Below, piece by piece: positions 49,578 through 59,118 of a stretch of DNA of 64,000 nt. A program made the position numbers and the translations under genes. Numbering within the stretch: the stretch's first letter is position 1; each line of letters starts with the position of its first letter. The notes beneath the pieces are model-generated. The model was not told the origin of the DNA, searched no databases, and saw only the letters and a list, made by a program, of their open reading frames with translations. Source of the DNA: an uncultured virus (IMG/VR IMGVR_UViG_3300012017_001157) (lineage: Duplodnaviria > Heunggongvirae > Uroviricota > Caudoviricetes); the IMG/VR virus record IMGVR_UViG_3300012017_001157, positions 1-64,000 of that record. The stretch is one strand, 5' to 3'.

Positions 49578-49820
49578 TGTGTGTGCCTCCTAACTACTAC
49601 CGCGGCGGCAACGCCACCGCTGACCCCATCATCGCCTATGGTCTTGATCGTGCTTTCTTTGGGGGCGTGTAGCATCCGGAGGATGCTCCCAACCCCCAGA
49701 ATGCGTCCTCGACCCCCCTCCCCCACCGTGCGACTAGGGACGCGGCGGATTTTTTTACAGACGAGGGGTTGGCGGTTCTATAATCGCTTGCGGAGGGCCT
49801 TCCAGAAGCCCCGGAAATGC

Positions 49821-50319
49821 CTATTTGCGGCCCGTAGAGCCCTGTTGATTCGCCTGGCGTATCGTGAGCTCCCACGCGAGCCTACAGACCGCCTCGTGAG
49901 GATTTCTTCCTCGTGCCGATACGACCGCCCCTTTTCGGCTGTGCGCGACTGCCATCCAGTCGTTGTCGACCATTGCGCGGTGAACGCCGTGAATGGTGAA
50001 TCCGAATCCAGAAACGGCTGCGTCTGCCTCCTCAAAGGAGAGCATTGCAAAGTCAACCCACTTAGACATTCTCTTCTCCGGATACAAGTTTCTGGACTGC
50101 AATCTCTGGGGTCTCGCCGACAGCGCGACGCTTAACGATCCAGTTTCCCTTCGGCGACTCGGTGCCGCGAAGGTAGTCAAGTGCTGTATCGACATTCTCT
50201 GCCTTTGGGTCCCACGCACTAGTGCATACGGCCCATTCCTTTGTCTCGTGCAAATACTCCATGATCGAAAGCACCTCTCCTTCTGGGAGCTGCGCCGCGA
50301 GTCGTTCAATCCTGCTCAT
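49821..50319 (-). CDS. Two small hypotheticals (49821-50069, 50062-50319)
   Basis: Coupled ORFs ending the 50-58 kb operon; similar A.G..P..AV..L C-termini. Confidence 0.6.
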
Positions 50320-51103
50320 TGTCTGTCTCCTTCATATAGTTTGACGCAAGCTTTGCGAAATCTGTTTCGTACCCAAACCCACCGTGGTGAACCGTTCGTG
50401 CGTCCACAAGCACGTTGATGTCGTACCCAATTGCGCGCATGTCCATGCAGAATCCAAAGTCTTCGCCCCAGTGCTCCTTGGTTTCTGGATGCACCATAAA
50501 GCGGAAGAATTCGGTGAGACGCTGATTTGTTAGCGTGTTCTGATACCAGCGGTCTGGATACTTTTCCTGGAAGTCTAGCAGTGCCTCTCGACGAATAATC
50601 ATCGCGCCGGTCCCTGCTCGCTGCGACTTGAGAAGCATTCTTCCGTCAGGGCGTTCTTCGTCAATAGGGAGGAAGTTCATTCCGCCGATGTATGCTGGCA
50701 AATTTTTTGCTGGAATTTCAGGATACTTGCGCAGCACCTCAACCGCTAGTTCGAAATTCGCAATCCTCTTAGCGCACGGAAGGGCCACGATCGACTCGCC
50801 AGACGCAACCGCCCGAAGGACATCCTTTCCCGAAAACTCGATATCCGAGTCAACCATGAAAAGGTGCGAGTAGCCGCTCTCAAGGAATGAGTGCAACAAG
50901 ACATTCCTTGCATCGGTGAGGATCGATGATCCGTGCACCATCTTCCACTTGAACTGAATGCCGTTGTGCATGCAGTCCCGCTGAAGCTCCAGCAACCCCA
51001 TTGTGTTTCCTGGGTGCATCTCGTGGGCGATCGGTCCGCCGGAATAAATCGACGGCAAGTTCTGTTTTGCCTGATTGCGCATTTGCTTTGCCTTCTTACC
51101 CAT
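50306..51103 (-). CDS. GT-A fold glycosyltransferase
   Basis: S.L..ARN.L..FL...HLF.VDSDI, GTG.M.I.R, GEDF.FC. Confidence 0.75.
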   Translation of the reverse strand: MGKKAKQMRNQAKQNLPSIYSGGPIAHEMHPGNTMGLLELQRDCMHNGIQFKWKMVHGSSILTDARNVLLHSFLESGYSHLFMVDSDIEFSGKDVLRAVASGESIVALPCAKRIANFELAVEVLRKYPEIPAKNLPAYIGGMNFLPIDEERPDGRMLLKSQRAGTGAMIIRREALLDFQEKYPDRWYQNTLTNQRLTEFFRFMVHPETKEHWGEDFGFCMDMRAIGYDINVLVDARTVHHGGFGYETDFAKLASNYMKETDNEQD

Positions 51104-51749
51104 TGACAACCTTCTCCTTCTTTGAGTAGTTCCACGAATCTTCATCGCCGAGAGCGGCCCACCGTTCGCCCTCTGCAGAGAACAGTTGCGTGCTGACCTT
51201 GAAGTCCGGCATCTTCGGATTCTTAAACACCGCCGCCTCATCCATCCAGATGACACGGTTGTTCGGCTGCGCGGCAAACTGCCCGTTGTCTAGTCTAATG
51301 AAGTTGTAGGACTTGTGCTCTGCCGGAATGGCAGCCCAGTCGGTGTCCACTTCGTTCGGCTCGGGCTGCACCTGGTCCACCGTAAATAAGTATGAGCCCT
51401 TGTGCCATGCGCCTGCCTTGTCAAGGTACTTGCATGGCATCCCCTTGAGCAGGGTCTTCTCGATGACGGCAATTCCCGAGGAGTTGACATCCCACATCTG
51501 CAAGAGACCCAGCGGAAGATCGGGTGTTGGCGTCTCTGGGTTCTGGACGTACGCGCTAATGGGAAGTTTGTCATACAACGCCCCGTATTCCGGCAGGAAT
51601 GCCTCGATATACAGCGCGCGGTGCCGTGGCGCCTTGACGGTCACCCAGTAGGCTGGCGTGAACTCTCCGTGGCCATCCTGAAGGTCTCGCAAGTATTCCT
51701 TGCGGACGTAGCACGACACGGTTGGGATGTTTGCAATGACGTGCGGCAT
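51096..51749 (-). CDS. Conserved phage hypothetical protein
   Basis: VRKEYL, YGALYDKLPISA, G.YLFTVD, EHKS.N.I.LDNGQFAAQPNNR. Confidence 0.7.
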   Translation of the reverse strand: MPHVIANIPTVSCYVRKEYLRDLQDGHGEFTPAYWVTVKAPRHRALYIEAFLPEYGALYDKLPISAYVQNPETPTPDLPLGLLQMWDVNSSGIAVIEKTLLKGMPCKYLDKAGAWHKGSYLFTVDQVQPEPNEVDTDWAAIPAEHKSYNFIRLDNGQFAAQPNNRVIWMDEAAVFKNPKMPDFKVSTQLFSAEGERWAALGDEDSWNYSKKEKVVNG

Positions 51750-52045
51750 TATGAGCTCGCCTTGATTTTATCTCGATACTTCTTGGCGGCCTGGCGCATG
51801 TATTCTCTCCGCCTTTCAAAATCTTCAATTTCCACATTGCACGCGATGCACATTGGGTGCTTCCTTGAGTAGTAGAATTCGCCGTCGTTTGGCCACCACT
51901 CTAGACATCTCGTGCACTTGCGTATCATTAGCTAACAATCTCCGCAACGACCCAGATGATTGCGAATGCAACAAGCGCGTAGAAAAATGATTCTACGGGC
52001 GTCGTCACATAGATTTCGTTGTGTTCATACTTGTAGCGCTGATCA

Positions 52046-52480
52046 TCAACCTTGCGAATCTTTTTCATGCTCACTCCTGTTGACGCTGCGATCTACGGAA
52101 AATCCTTTCGGGTATCTGAGGCGGAGCTTCTTCTCGTTCTGAACCGCAACCTCCGAAAGGTCGATCCGAGCAACTGAGGCAATCTCAGCCACATACCAAA
52201 GGATATCACCAAGCTCCTTGGTGATGTAGTCGCGATCGACAGCGTGTCCGTGTCCAATCCACTTCTTGAGGTGATCGATCAGCTCACCAGACTCCCCAGC
52301 AAGGCCCATCGCTGCAATCGCAACGCGCCCCTGTTCTGGGTCGAGGTAGATGTCGCCACGAGCGGTCATGGCAGCGCCTCGCTGGTAATCGTCAAATCCG
52401 CTGGCCCACGCCTTGTGGTCGCAGCAGTTGCCTTCGCTGCACCCAGTACAGCCGCAAGTACACGCGGTTTCGGTAATCAT
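52046..52480 (-). CDS. MazG-like nucleotide pyrophosphohydrolase
   Basis: GLAGESGE..D..KK, KELGDILWY, N..KL..RYP.GF. Confidence 0.85.
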   Translation of the reverse strand: MITETACTCGCTGCSEGNCCDHKAWASGFDDYQRGAAMTARGDIYLDPEQGRVAIAAMGLAGESGELIDHLKKWIGHGHAVDRDYITKELGDILWYVAEIASVARIDLSEVAVQNEKKLRLRYPKGFSVDRSVNRSEHEKDSQG

Positions 52481-52488
52481 ATTTCCTC

Positions 52489-53061
52489 CTAAAGCAAAAT
52501 TACGGGGATTGTTAACATAAGCGCAACTCCAGTCACCCAGAGGGTTGCGGCAAACGCCACGAGGTAGGAAGCGTTCTTCCTGCTCTTCATTGGTGAGGTT
52601 ACGCCAAGGGCAAACAGGGCAACAGCAAAGATGCCCGTGAGCACCTGCAGGCGGTTGCTGTAGTTCCCCTCAAGCCATGATTCGGCGAGTGGGCCTTCAC
52701 CGCTGTCGTACATCTCGTTGTATGGTCCGTACACGGCGTCCATATACTCGGTGCAGTCTGGCAGTTGGCCTTCCGGGTTTTCCTGCTGGCATGGCACCGC
52801 ATAGACGCTGAACTCATAGGAGCCGCCAAGGTCGGTGTCCCAAGTCAGCAGGTCGGCTCGGTACTTCACCTCTGCCGTGATCCACAGGTTATTTGCGTCC
52901 GCAATAATTAGCTGATAGTCGCCATAGGCGGCAGACGATGCGTTGTTATGGAATGACGCTTGGATTGCCGTCCAGGCGGTGGTTGTCGACACAAGGCCAA
53001 TCAGCAGTACCACTGCAAGTTCCCCTGATATCTTGCTTAAAAACGTCAACACTCTGTTCAT
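52489..53061 (-). CDS. Membrane protein
   Basis: One N-terminal and two C-terminal TM segments. Confidence 0.6.
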   Translation of the reverse strand: MNRVLTFLSKISGELAVVLLIGLVSTTTAWTAIQASFHNNASSAAYGDYQLIIADANNLWITAEVKYRADLLTWDTDLGGSYEFSVYAVPCQQENPEGQLPDCTEYMDAVYGPYNEMYDSGEGPLAESWLEGNYSNRLQVLTGIFAVALFALGVTSPMKSRKNASYLVAFAATLWVTGVALMLTIPVILL

Positions 53062-53558
53062 TAAAATTGCACCGACTCGTTGATGACAATTGGCTGTGCC
53101 TCGAACGAGGCGAACACAGGCATGCCGGGCTTGATAAATCCACCCTCGATATTGAAGGAAATGTATTCGTCCGCTTCCTCAATGTGGAAGCAGCCCTCAT
53201 GAGTGTCCCCTGGGTTGTTCGCCTCGCAGGTCGACACAAAGTCGTCAAACAAGCGCTGTAGGATCTTGTTGCGGTCGTAGATAGCGACAATCATCTGTCC
53301 GTCAGACCCGTGAAAGATTGTCCCGTGTCCTACGAGGCAATCTTCCCACCCATCGGCGTACAGGACGTCTTCACGCTGTTCAATTGCTGGTCGCGTAATC
53401 GTTGTTTGCTCTTCCATGCCCTCAATCCTCCATAGTCCATACTCTTGTCCATGCTCGGTGAACCCGATCACTCGTGCTGTTCCGTCGTCTAGTGTATCTC
53501 GATAAAGTTTGACGTGCACGCCGTTTACTGTGGCGGTGCAGATCGCTCTGCTGTTCAT
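53061..53558 (-). CDS. Hypothetical protein
   Basis: ADG...C.VG...YD..KI...EA.EYI.FN..G pattern. Confidence 0.6.
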   Translation of the reverse strand: MNSRAICTATVNGVHVKLYRDTLDDGTARVIGFTEHGQEYGLWRIEGMEEQTTITRPAIEQREDVLYADGWEDCLVGHGTIFHGSDGQMIVAIYDRNKILQRLFDDFVSTCEANNPGDTHEGCFHIEEADEYISFNIEGGFIKPGMPVFASFEAQPIVINESVQF

Positions 53559-54043
53559 CTGTAATTCTTGATTCTTTCTAGTGAGTTTTCATGTATCGGT
53601 TCGCTTACGTGCCATGCGTCTAGCATCCAGGCCGCCCAAAACCGTGGGCGAACAGCGGGGACTACCCGTGTGGCAATCAGTTGCCTGTAGCGGCGGTCGG
53701 GAAGCAGGCGAATGATGGTAGTAGCGAGACTAGCCGCTACCTCAGTTTTTCCCAAAAAAAATTTCGAGAGGCCATCGTAACGAAGTTGGTTATAGGGGAT
53801 CACAATGATCGATCCGTCTACATTGGCGATAACCATTCGACCCTGCTTCATCTTGAGCCGCGCGCGAGGATAACTAGTTCTCGTACCCAAGAGCCAATGA
53901 TGTAACCCTTGGGTACGAGTCTCCGAAGGAGAAGCAACACAATTATCTATTGACGATTCTGAACCAAAGGGTCCAGAGGGCCAACGTGAGCGTGGAGCCG
54001 ACAACGACTGCCGCCACGTAACTAAAGAACGTTCCGAGATCCA

Positions 54044-54421
54044 TCAGAACGGAACCTCGGAAAAGTCTTCTTCAGGCGCGGCCTGCTTGACTGCGCCAGC
54101 GGCACCCTTGCCCTTGGCAAGAAGATCAAATGTGCGCGCCGTGATCTGAATGGAAGACTTGGACTCGCCGCTGCGGGTCTGAAAAGTCTTCACGGACGGA
54201 ACGCCTTCAACGCACACAAGATCACCCTTGTCGAGCAGCTGTACAGCAAGTTCTGCCTGCTTCTCCCAAATGGATACGTCGTACCAATTGGTGGTCTCTT
54301 CACCGCCGCGCTTGTTCTTTACCGCAACGCTGAACGATGAAACGTTCTTTCCTGTCTTGGTGTTGCGAAGTTCTGGCTTGCTTCCAAGCCTGCCAGTTAC
54401 TTCAATCCTTTCCTTTGCCAT
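54044..54421 (-). CDS. ssb: Single-stranded DNA-binding protein
   Basis: GRLG..PELR.T..G..V..FSVAV, W..V..W...AE, KGD.V.VEG, acidic tail ending VPF. Confidence 0.92.
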   Translation of the reverse strand: MAKERIEVTGRLGSKPELRNTKTGKNVSSFSVAVKNKRGGEETTNWYDVSIWEKQAELAVQLLDKGDLVCVEGVPSVKTFQTRSGESKSSIQITARTFDLLAKGKGAAGAVKQAAPEEDFSEVPF

Positions 54422-54422
54422 T

Positions 54423-54818
54423 TCACTTCTCCTGACTTAGGACCAGTCGGACATATTCTTCCGCTGCTCCAAATTCCATTTCCCAAACTCGTGGGATAAA
54501 CCATCGGTCATTGACGACCAATCCAGCCGCTACCGCATCTAGCGTTAGCTTCAATAGATTATCAGCATCCATCGGTCTTTTCAAATGCGCCCAGATGTCG
54601 ATGACAATCCTCTTCCCGTCTACCGGCAGGAAGTCCGGCCTTGTGACTAACGCTTTCTGTGTCGCATATGTCACGATCTCCTTCCATGCTTTTGCTTCTC
54701 GTGTCATGTAGATAATTTTGCCCGCAACGCGATACGCGCGGTTCCATGATGGCGGTCTTCCTACAAGGACAATCTCAAGCCCTTCCGTCCAGCCTTCCAA
54801 GCCTGATACGCTGGTCAT
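54423..54818 (-). CDS. rusA: RusA-like Holliday junction resolvase
   Basis: PPS.N..YR, D.DN.LK..LDA...NDR. Confidence 0.8.
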   Translation of the reverse strand: MTSVSGLEGWTEGLEIVLVGRPPSWNRAYRVAGKIIYMTREAKAWKEIVTYATQKALVTRPDFLPVDGKRIVIDIWAHLKRPMDADNLLKLTLDAVAAGLVVNDRWFIPRVWEMEFGAAEEYVRLVLSQEK

Positions 54819-55431
54819 CCCCGCCCACCTTGATGGCGCGACAGGTCTGCTGTAGTCGGGAGATGAGAGCCCCATATCCAAGGGCATCGAGTTCGTCAAG
54901 GCCGCGGTTCGTCGTGGCGATCGTCGCGAGACAGGCACTATATCGGCTCTCAACAAGGACGTAGAGTCGCTCTGCCGCCCAGTCGGTTGCCTTCTCCTTC
55001 CCAAGATCATCAAGGACCACGACGCTTGCGCGTGTCAAACAAAAGTCAAACAAGTTCATGACTTCTGGATCATTGTACTTCATTGACTGGCGAATCCGAT
55101 CTAAAAAGATCGGCACATTGATAAAGCGAACTCCACCAAGACCAGCGGCAACTTTCTCTCGGACTGACGCCACGGCAAGGTGGGTCTTTCCCGTACCTGG
55201 CGGCCCAACAAAAAGAAGGCCCCGCTCCCCAATCGGTGCCTTTGCCCACTCCATTGAGGCCTCAAGGGCCGTCTTAGAGCCACCCTGCGCCTCGAAATTT
55301 GCGAAGGTGCTGTCTAAGTACCTTTTTGGGATTCCAACGCCTAGAAGCGCTTTTTCGAGGTCCTGTGGCGGCTTGCTCTCGCCCCACATGATGTCCTCCA
55401 GGTATACAACTTCGGTGCTACTTGTTGTCAT
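54775..55431 (-). CDS. DnaC/IstB-like ATPase (helicase loader)
   Basis: GPPGTGKTHLA, VLDDLG.E, R.....T..TTN, SRL. Confidence 0.88.
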   Translation of the reverse strand: MTTSSTEVVYLEDIMWGESKPPQDLEKALLGVGIPKRYLDSTFANFEAQGGSKTALEASMEWAKAPIGERGLLFVGPPGTGKTHLAVASVREKVAAGLGGVRFINVPIFLDRIRQSMKYNDPEVMNLFDFCLTRASVVVLDDLGKEKATDWAAERLYVLVESRYSACLATIATTNRGLDELDALGYGALISRLQQTCRAIKVGGDDQRIRLGRLDGRA

Positions 55432-55504
55432 TATCGCGCTCCACCGCAGCGGCGACCAAGAGGATCACCGCGACGAGCAACATAAACAGTGCTGGCTGTA
55501 ACAT

Positions 55505-56191
55505 CTACTCCTCCAACTGTGCATCACGAACAGATGATGTTGTGTGCACCCTCTTCTTACTGCCTTTTCCGATCGCTGTCAAATATGCAATTGGGTCGCC
55601 CTTGAGGTCGCGCAGTGCCGCGTCGCAGATGGCAGACATTAGCGCGGGAATTCCACCTGGATATTCGCGCATCAACTTTGCAATGCGAGCGTAGTCGGTT
55701 CTCTGTGGAACGATGCCATTCATCTGCCCCATGAATTCAACAAGTCTTCCCTGTCGGTTCGGCCCTGCCACAATGTATTCCATCCACTCTTTCATGCTCC
55801 GAACCTTGACTTGTGCATCGTGTTCGTCGCGAAGACCGAGACGGTTCAGTCGGTCGCGAGCGGCCGCTGCAAGCGCCTCCCTTGCCTCACGCATTCCATC
55901 AGATGGAACCTGCCACTCGTCCCAATCGTGCACCACGAGTCCGTCGAGAAGCCCAACGCGTCGGAAGTGCGGAAGGAACTTTGTGTTTTGCGATCCGACC
56001 ATTGCTTCAATGTGCTGATCGGACTCAAACACTCCGTCGGTTTCTGATGCCGCGCACAGCAGAACAATCCATGCCCATCGCGCGTTGTTATCTGGCAGCC
56101 GCCAAAGTTTCTTGTGTCGCGGAAGATCGCTGTAGCATCTCCAGTAGACGCGAGCGTCTCCCATCTCCTCAAGAGGAATAATCGGTGTCAT
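55505..56191 (-). CDS. Putative replication initiator
   Basis: H.K...L...W..LLC, VHDW.EWQ motif; directly upstream of the DnaC-like gene. Confidence 0.55.
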   Translation of the reverse strand: MTPIIPLEEMGDARVYWRCYSDLPRHKKLWRLPDNNARWAWIVLLCAASETDGVFESDQHIEAMVGSQNTKFLPHFRRVGLLDGLVVHDWDEWQVPSDGMREAREALAAAARDRLNRLGLRDEHDAQVKVRSMKEWMEYIVAGPNRQGRLVEFMGQMNGIVPQRTDYARIAKLMREYPGGIPALMSAICDAALRDLKGDPIAYLTAIGKGSKKRVHTTSSVRDAQLEE

Positions 56192-56294
56192 GCCCACCGC
56201 TAATCTCCTTCTGGATCGCAATCCATGCAGTAGCTGTTTTCTTCTCCGAACTCACCAATGAATTCCGCACCACAGTTTTTGCACGTGCAGATCA

Positions 56295-57167
56295 TTATTT
56301 TTCCCAGTCAGGCCAAAGGTCTTTCTTCAGTGCCGGGACCAGATTGTACAGCTCTTTTCTCTTTTCGGGAATCTGCTGCGGGTGGCTCTCCCACTTATCG
56401 CACAGTTCCTTGAATTCGCAGTTTGCATGCGCAAACGCCGTTGGGTTCGGATAGATCGCGCCCTTCTCGATTGCGTCAAGGAACGCGCGAGCCCCGATGT
56501 ACATCTTGTCAATATCTTCCTGAGTGCGGGTAGTGGTTCTTCGATCAACATTCACGCCCTTAGCCGAGTTGCTAATGATATTGAATGTCACCGATGGGTC
56601 GTGGTCATAGTTTTGGCGAACAGCATTCACATAGGCGGTTGCCTGAATGTCTCCGCGCTCTCGATCCTTCTCCCACCTTCTCTGTGCGGTCTTGTGCTCG
56701 ACTACGCGGAGATCTGTGGTGAGCATGTCGAGATTTGTCTTCAACTTCATCGGAAGCTTCCCAAGTTTAGAGTGGGAAATCTCCGACATCATTGAGTGCT
56801 CAACATACTTTGCAGTCCAGTCGTCGCCCTCAAGAACAGCAGCCCGAAGCATCTCTTCGCCACTAAAGCCCTCGCTAAGGATATCGCGCTCTTTTTCTGC
56901 GCCCCAGTCCACCTGCGCCGACTCTATTGACCAAACTTTTCGATAGTGATCGAACACCGGCGTAAGGTCGCCATTTCGCTTGCCGCCCGTAATGGGCTCG
57001 TACCATCGCTGAAGTCCGGCGTGGACCGAGGTGCCCAGGGCGAAGTACGCCGTCGTCCTGTTGGTCCACATACCGAGCCGATACTTGTACCACCAGCGAA
57101 GTGGGCACGAAAGGAATTCGCGCAACTCACTTACACTGATGTGCTGCGGGTTTCTCTCCTCAATCAT
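56295..57167 (-). CDS. PD-(D/E)XK exonuclease (RecB-like)
   Basis: S.S....CP..W...Y, G..VH, D....V.EHKT, Q..AY, C-terminal C....C. Confidence 0.8.
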   Translation of the reverse strand: MIEERNPQHISVSELREFLSCPLRWWYKYRLGMWTNRTTAYFALGTSVHAGLQRWYEPITGGKRNGDLTPVFDHYRKVWSIESAQVDWGAEKERDILSEGFSGEEMLRAAVLEGDDWTAKYVEHSMMSEISHSKLGKLPMKLKTNLDMLTTDLRVVEHKTAQRRWEKDRERGDIQATAYVNAVRQNYDHDPSVTFNIISNSAKGVNVDRRTTTRTQEDIDKMYIGARAFLDAIEKGAIYPNPTAFAHANCEFKELCDKWESHPQQIPEKRKELYNLVPALKKDLWPDWEK

Positions 57168-57763
57168 CCGACGAGCTCAGCTCGGCGAGCGCGGAATCTC
57201 TTGATCAAGAACTCACGGGAAAGTTCGTCAATATCAACACCGTCGGCGTTCGACTCATTGATCGACTTTCCAATCTCAGTAAGTTCATCAATCGTCTTCG
57301 CCTTGGCGAATGCATCGACAAACTTCTGGATGTGTGGCGGGAGTGCGACGTCTTCGTCAAAAACCTCAGCGGCGGCCTTTGCTGCTGACTTTCCGCCCTT
57401 TGACTTGATCTCGTCGTCAGACGCGATTCTCTTTGACGGAAGGCCAGCCATTACCAACGCGCGACCAACTGCCGATGTCTCGCAATTCTCAATCTCTGAG
57501 CCGCGGGTGTACGGCGTTGCGCCAGGAATCTGCATTGCGCTGTGTCCAATTCCCGCTGGGCGATCATCCATAAAGCCAAGTGCATCGTCAGGTCCGTTGT
57601 CGCCCTTAACGCCGCGATATGCTCGCGCCTCTACGACTACACGCTTTTCGGTGTGCTCAACAATTCTGGTTTCAATGCGTGCGTTGGGGTACGCCTCGTA
57701 CCATGCGCGGATTCGCTCTGCGACATCCACGTAATCCTTAAGTGCGCTCTTATCGAATGCCAT
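57164..57763 (-). CDS. Putative ssDNA-annealing protein (Sak/Rad52-like)
   Basis: YVDVAERI, ENCETSAVGRAL..G, AS.DE; adjacent to the exonuclease. Confidence 0.6.
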   Translation of the reverse strand: MAFDKSALKDYVDVAERIRAWYEAYPNARIETRIVEHTEKRVVVEARAYRGVKGDNGPDDALGFMDDRPAGIGHSAMQIPGATPYTRGSEIENCETSAVGRALVMAGLPSKRIASDDEIKSKGGKSAAKAAAEVFDEDVALPPHIQKFVDAFAKAKTIDELTEIGKSINESNADGVDIDELSREFLIKRFRARRAELVG

Positions 57764-58031
57764 TTGCTTCCTCCTTATTCAAATACTCATCGAGGTCCTC
57801 GAAGAGTCTTCCTTCTTCAATCCCGAGAAATTCAGAGATCTTCTTGCGCATCGGGCCACTGATAGGCGCCTGACCATACTGCACCTGATTTAGGTAGCCG
57901 TACGATACGCCAAGATGCTTGGCGATGTATCGCCTCTTGATCCCAGTTTCTTCTAGGAGTTTCCACACCCGAGCAGTTTTCTTCCTCTGAATAATGCGCT
58001 GCTCCGCAAAATTCGGACCAGTTTGCTTCAT
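57750..58031 (-). CDS. XRE-family HTH regulator
   Basis: IAKHLGVSYGYLNQV..G...KISEFLG. Confidence 0.75.
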   Translation of the reverse strand: MKQTGPNFAEQRIIQRKKTARVWKLLEETGIKRRYIAKHLGVSYGYLNQVQYGQAPISGPMRKKISEFLGIEEGRLFEDLDEYLNKEEANGIR

Positions 58032-58657
58032 TACCCTTCCTTGCTTTCTAGCACTGGATTTGCAACCCAGTCCTCCATCGCTATCGAGATGCCCCTACGA
58101 TACGCCAAAATGTCATCGTATGCAACTAGCGTATCAAGGTCGTTGGATGCGGCGTTGGCCGCCTCAAACGCAATCATCTCCTTCGGCTTAATATGAGCGC
58201 TCTCGTCAAGAGATTGCTGGAGATACTCCCTGAACTTGCTCCGACCGAGCAGCATCAGTTCCATTTCCTGCATTTTCGTCCCTTCCCCTGCCGTGCACAG
58301 TGCACCTATCTAGAACACACTTTGAGGTGTTTGAGCCGGGGGCCTCAATGGCCTCCGCTAAACCCATCACCCTGCCGCCAGGATTACAGTGCGCGTTCGC
58401 ACAAAAATACACCTTCAGCCGTAGCTGAAAGAGCGTCCCGCCACATGCGTAGCAAGACAATCCGAGGGCACCCTTATTGGACATATGCCCCTCCTTTCAG
58501 GATATCATCTTACTTGATGATATCACCCTTGGTCAAGCCTGCGTTGGGTAGGCACCCAATGTGATATTTGCGATTGCCTCTTTTCACAATAGGACCTAGG
58601 CCCCTGCCGATGATCCCCGCCGACTTCGCCATGCACTGGCGATTGTCGCATCTTGGT

Positions 58658-58972
58658 CTAGGAAAGCTCTCCACTTCGATCATATTCAAATCCCTCTAAG
58701 TATTCATACAGTGCCTCTCGCCACTTGCGAGAGGATTCTGTTTTCATTTTATGATGCCACCCGCACAGCGTCACCAGATTCCACATCTCCGAGGGGCCAC
58801 GCTTGCCAAAGCCAGAGTTAAAGACGTGGTCAAGCTCAAGGACGATCTGCCCGCCGGACCCGAACTGGCTGCCGCACTCATCGTGCATTCCGACTCGAGG
58901 ACCAATGCAACCCCTGTCCCTCTGCAGGACATCTTTCCTCATCCCTGGAGTAACCGGATCTTTATGCCCCAT
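58658..58972 (-). CDS. HNH endonuclease
   Basis: RD.GC, ELDHV, NLVTLC..HH..KT. Confidence 0.8.
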   Translation of the reverse strand: MGHKDPVTPGMRKDVLQRDRGCIGPRVGMHDECGSQFGSGGQIVLELDHVFNSGFGKRGPSEMWNLVTLCGWHHKMKTESSRKWREALYEYLEGFEYDRSGELS

Positions 58973-59118
58973 TAGACCTTCTTAGATCGCTTGGCTTTCT
59001 TCTTTGGGCGATCCTGCTCTTGCGCAACCGGTCGCGGCTTTACCCCGTCCGCCTTCATGACTCGACAGGGGATACAGAAGCATGGCTGCTGGTGGTAAAA
59101 CTTATCTGCCATAGAGAC

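Larger units (their letters stand above)
45014..49687 (-). promoter_or_regulatory. Seven type-B hairpin promoters (GGA loops at 45065, 46481, 47055, 47559, 48125, 49019, 49678)
   Basis: Plus strand: CATCATC - exactly 44 nt - GGA loop of a 6-7 bp co-varying stem; six copies have GAACTTA 15 nt after the loop start, then an AT-rich tract. Confidence 0.85.

Noticed and set aside
45014..49687. Direct N4 virion-RNAP promoters
   Set aside because: The base at the N4-equivalent start position is not conserved, the conserved box is 44 nt away, and no vRNAP gene is in the window; kept only as an analogy
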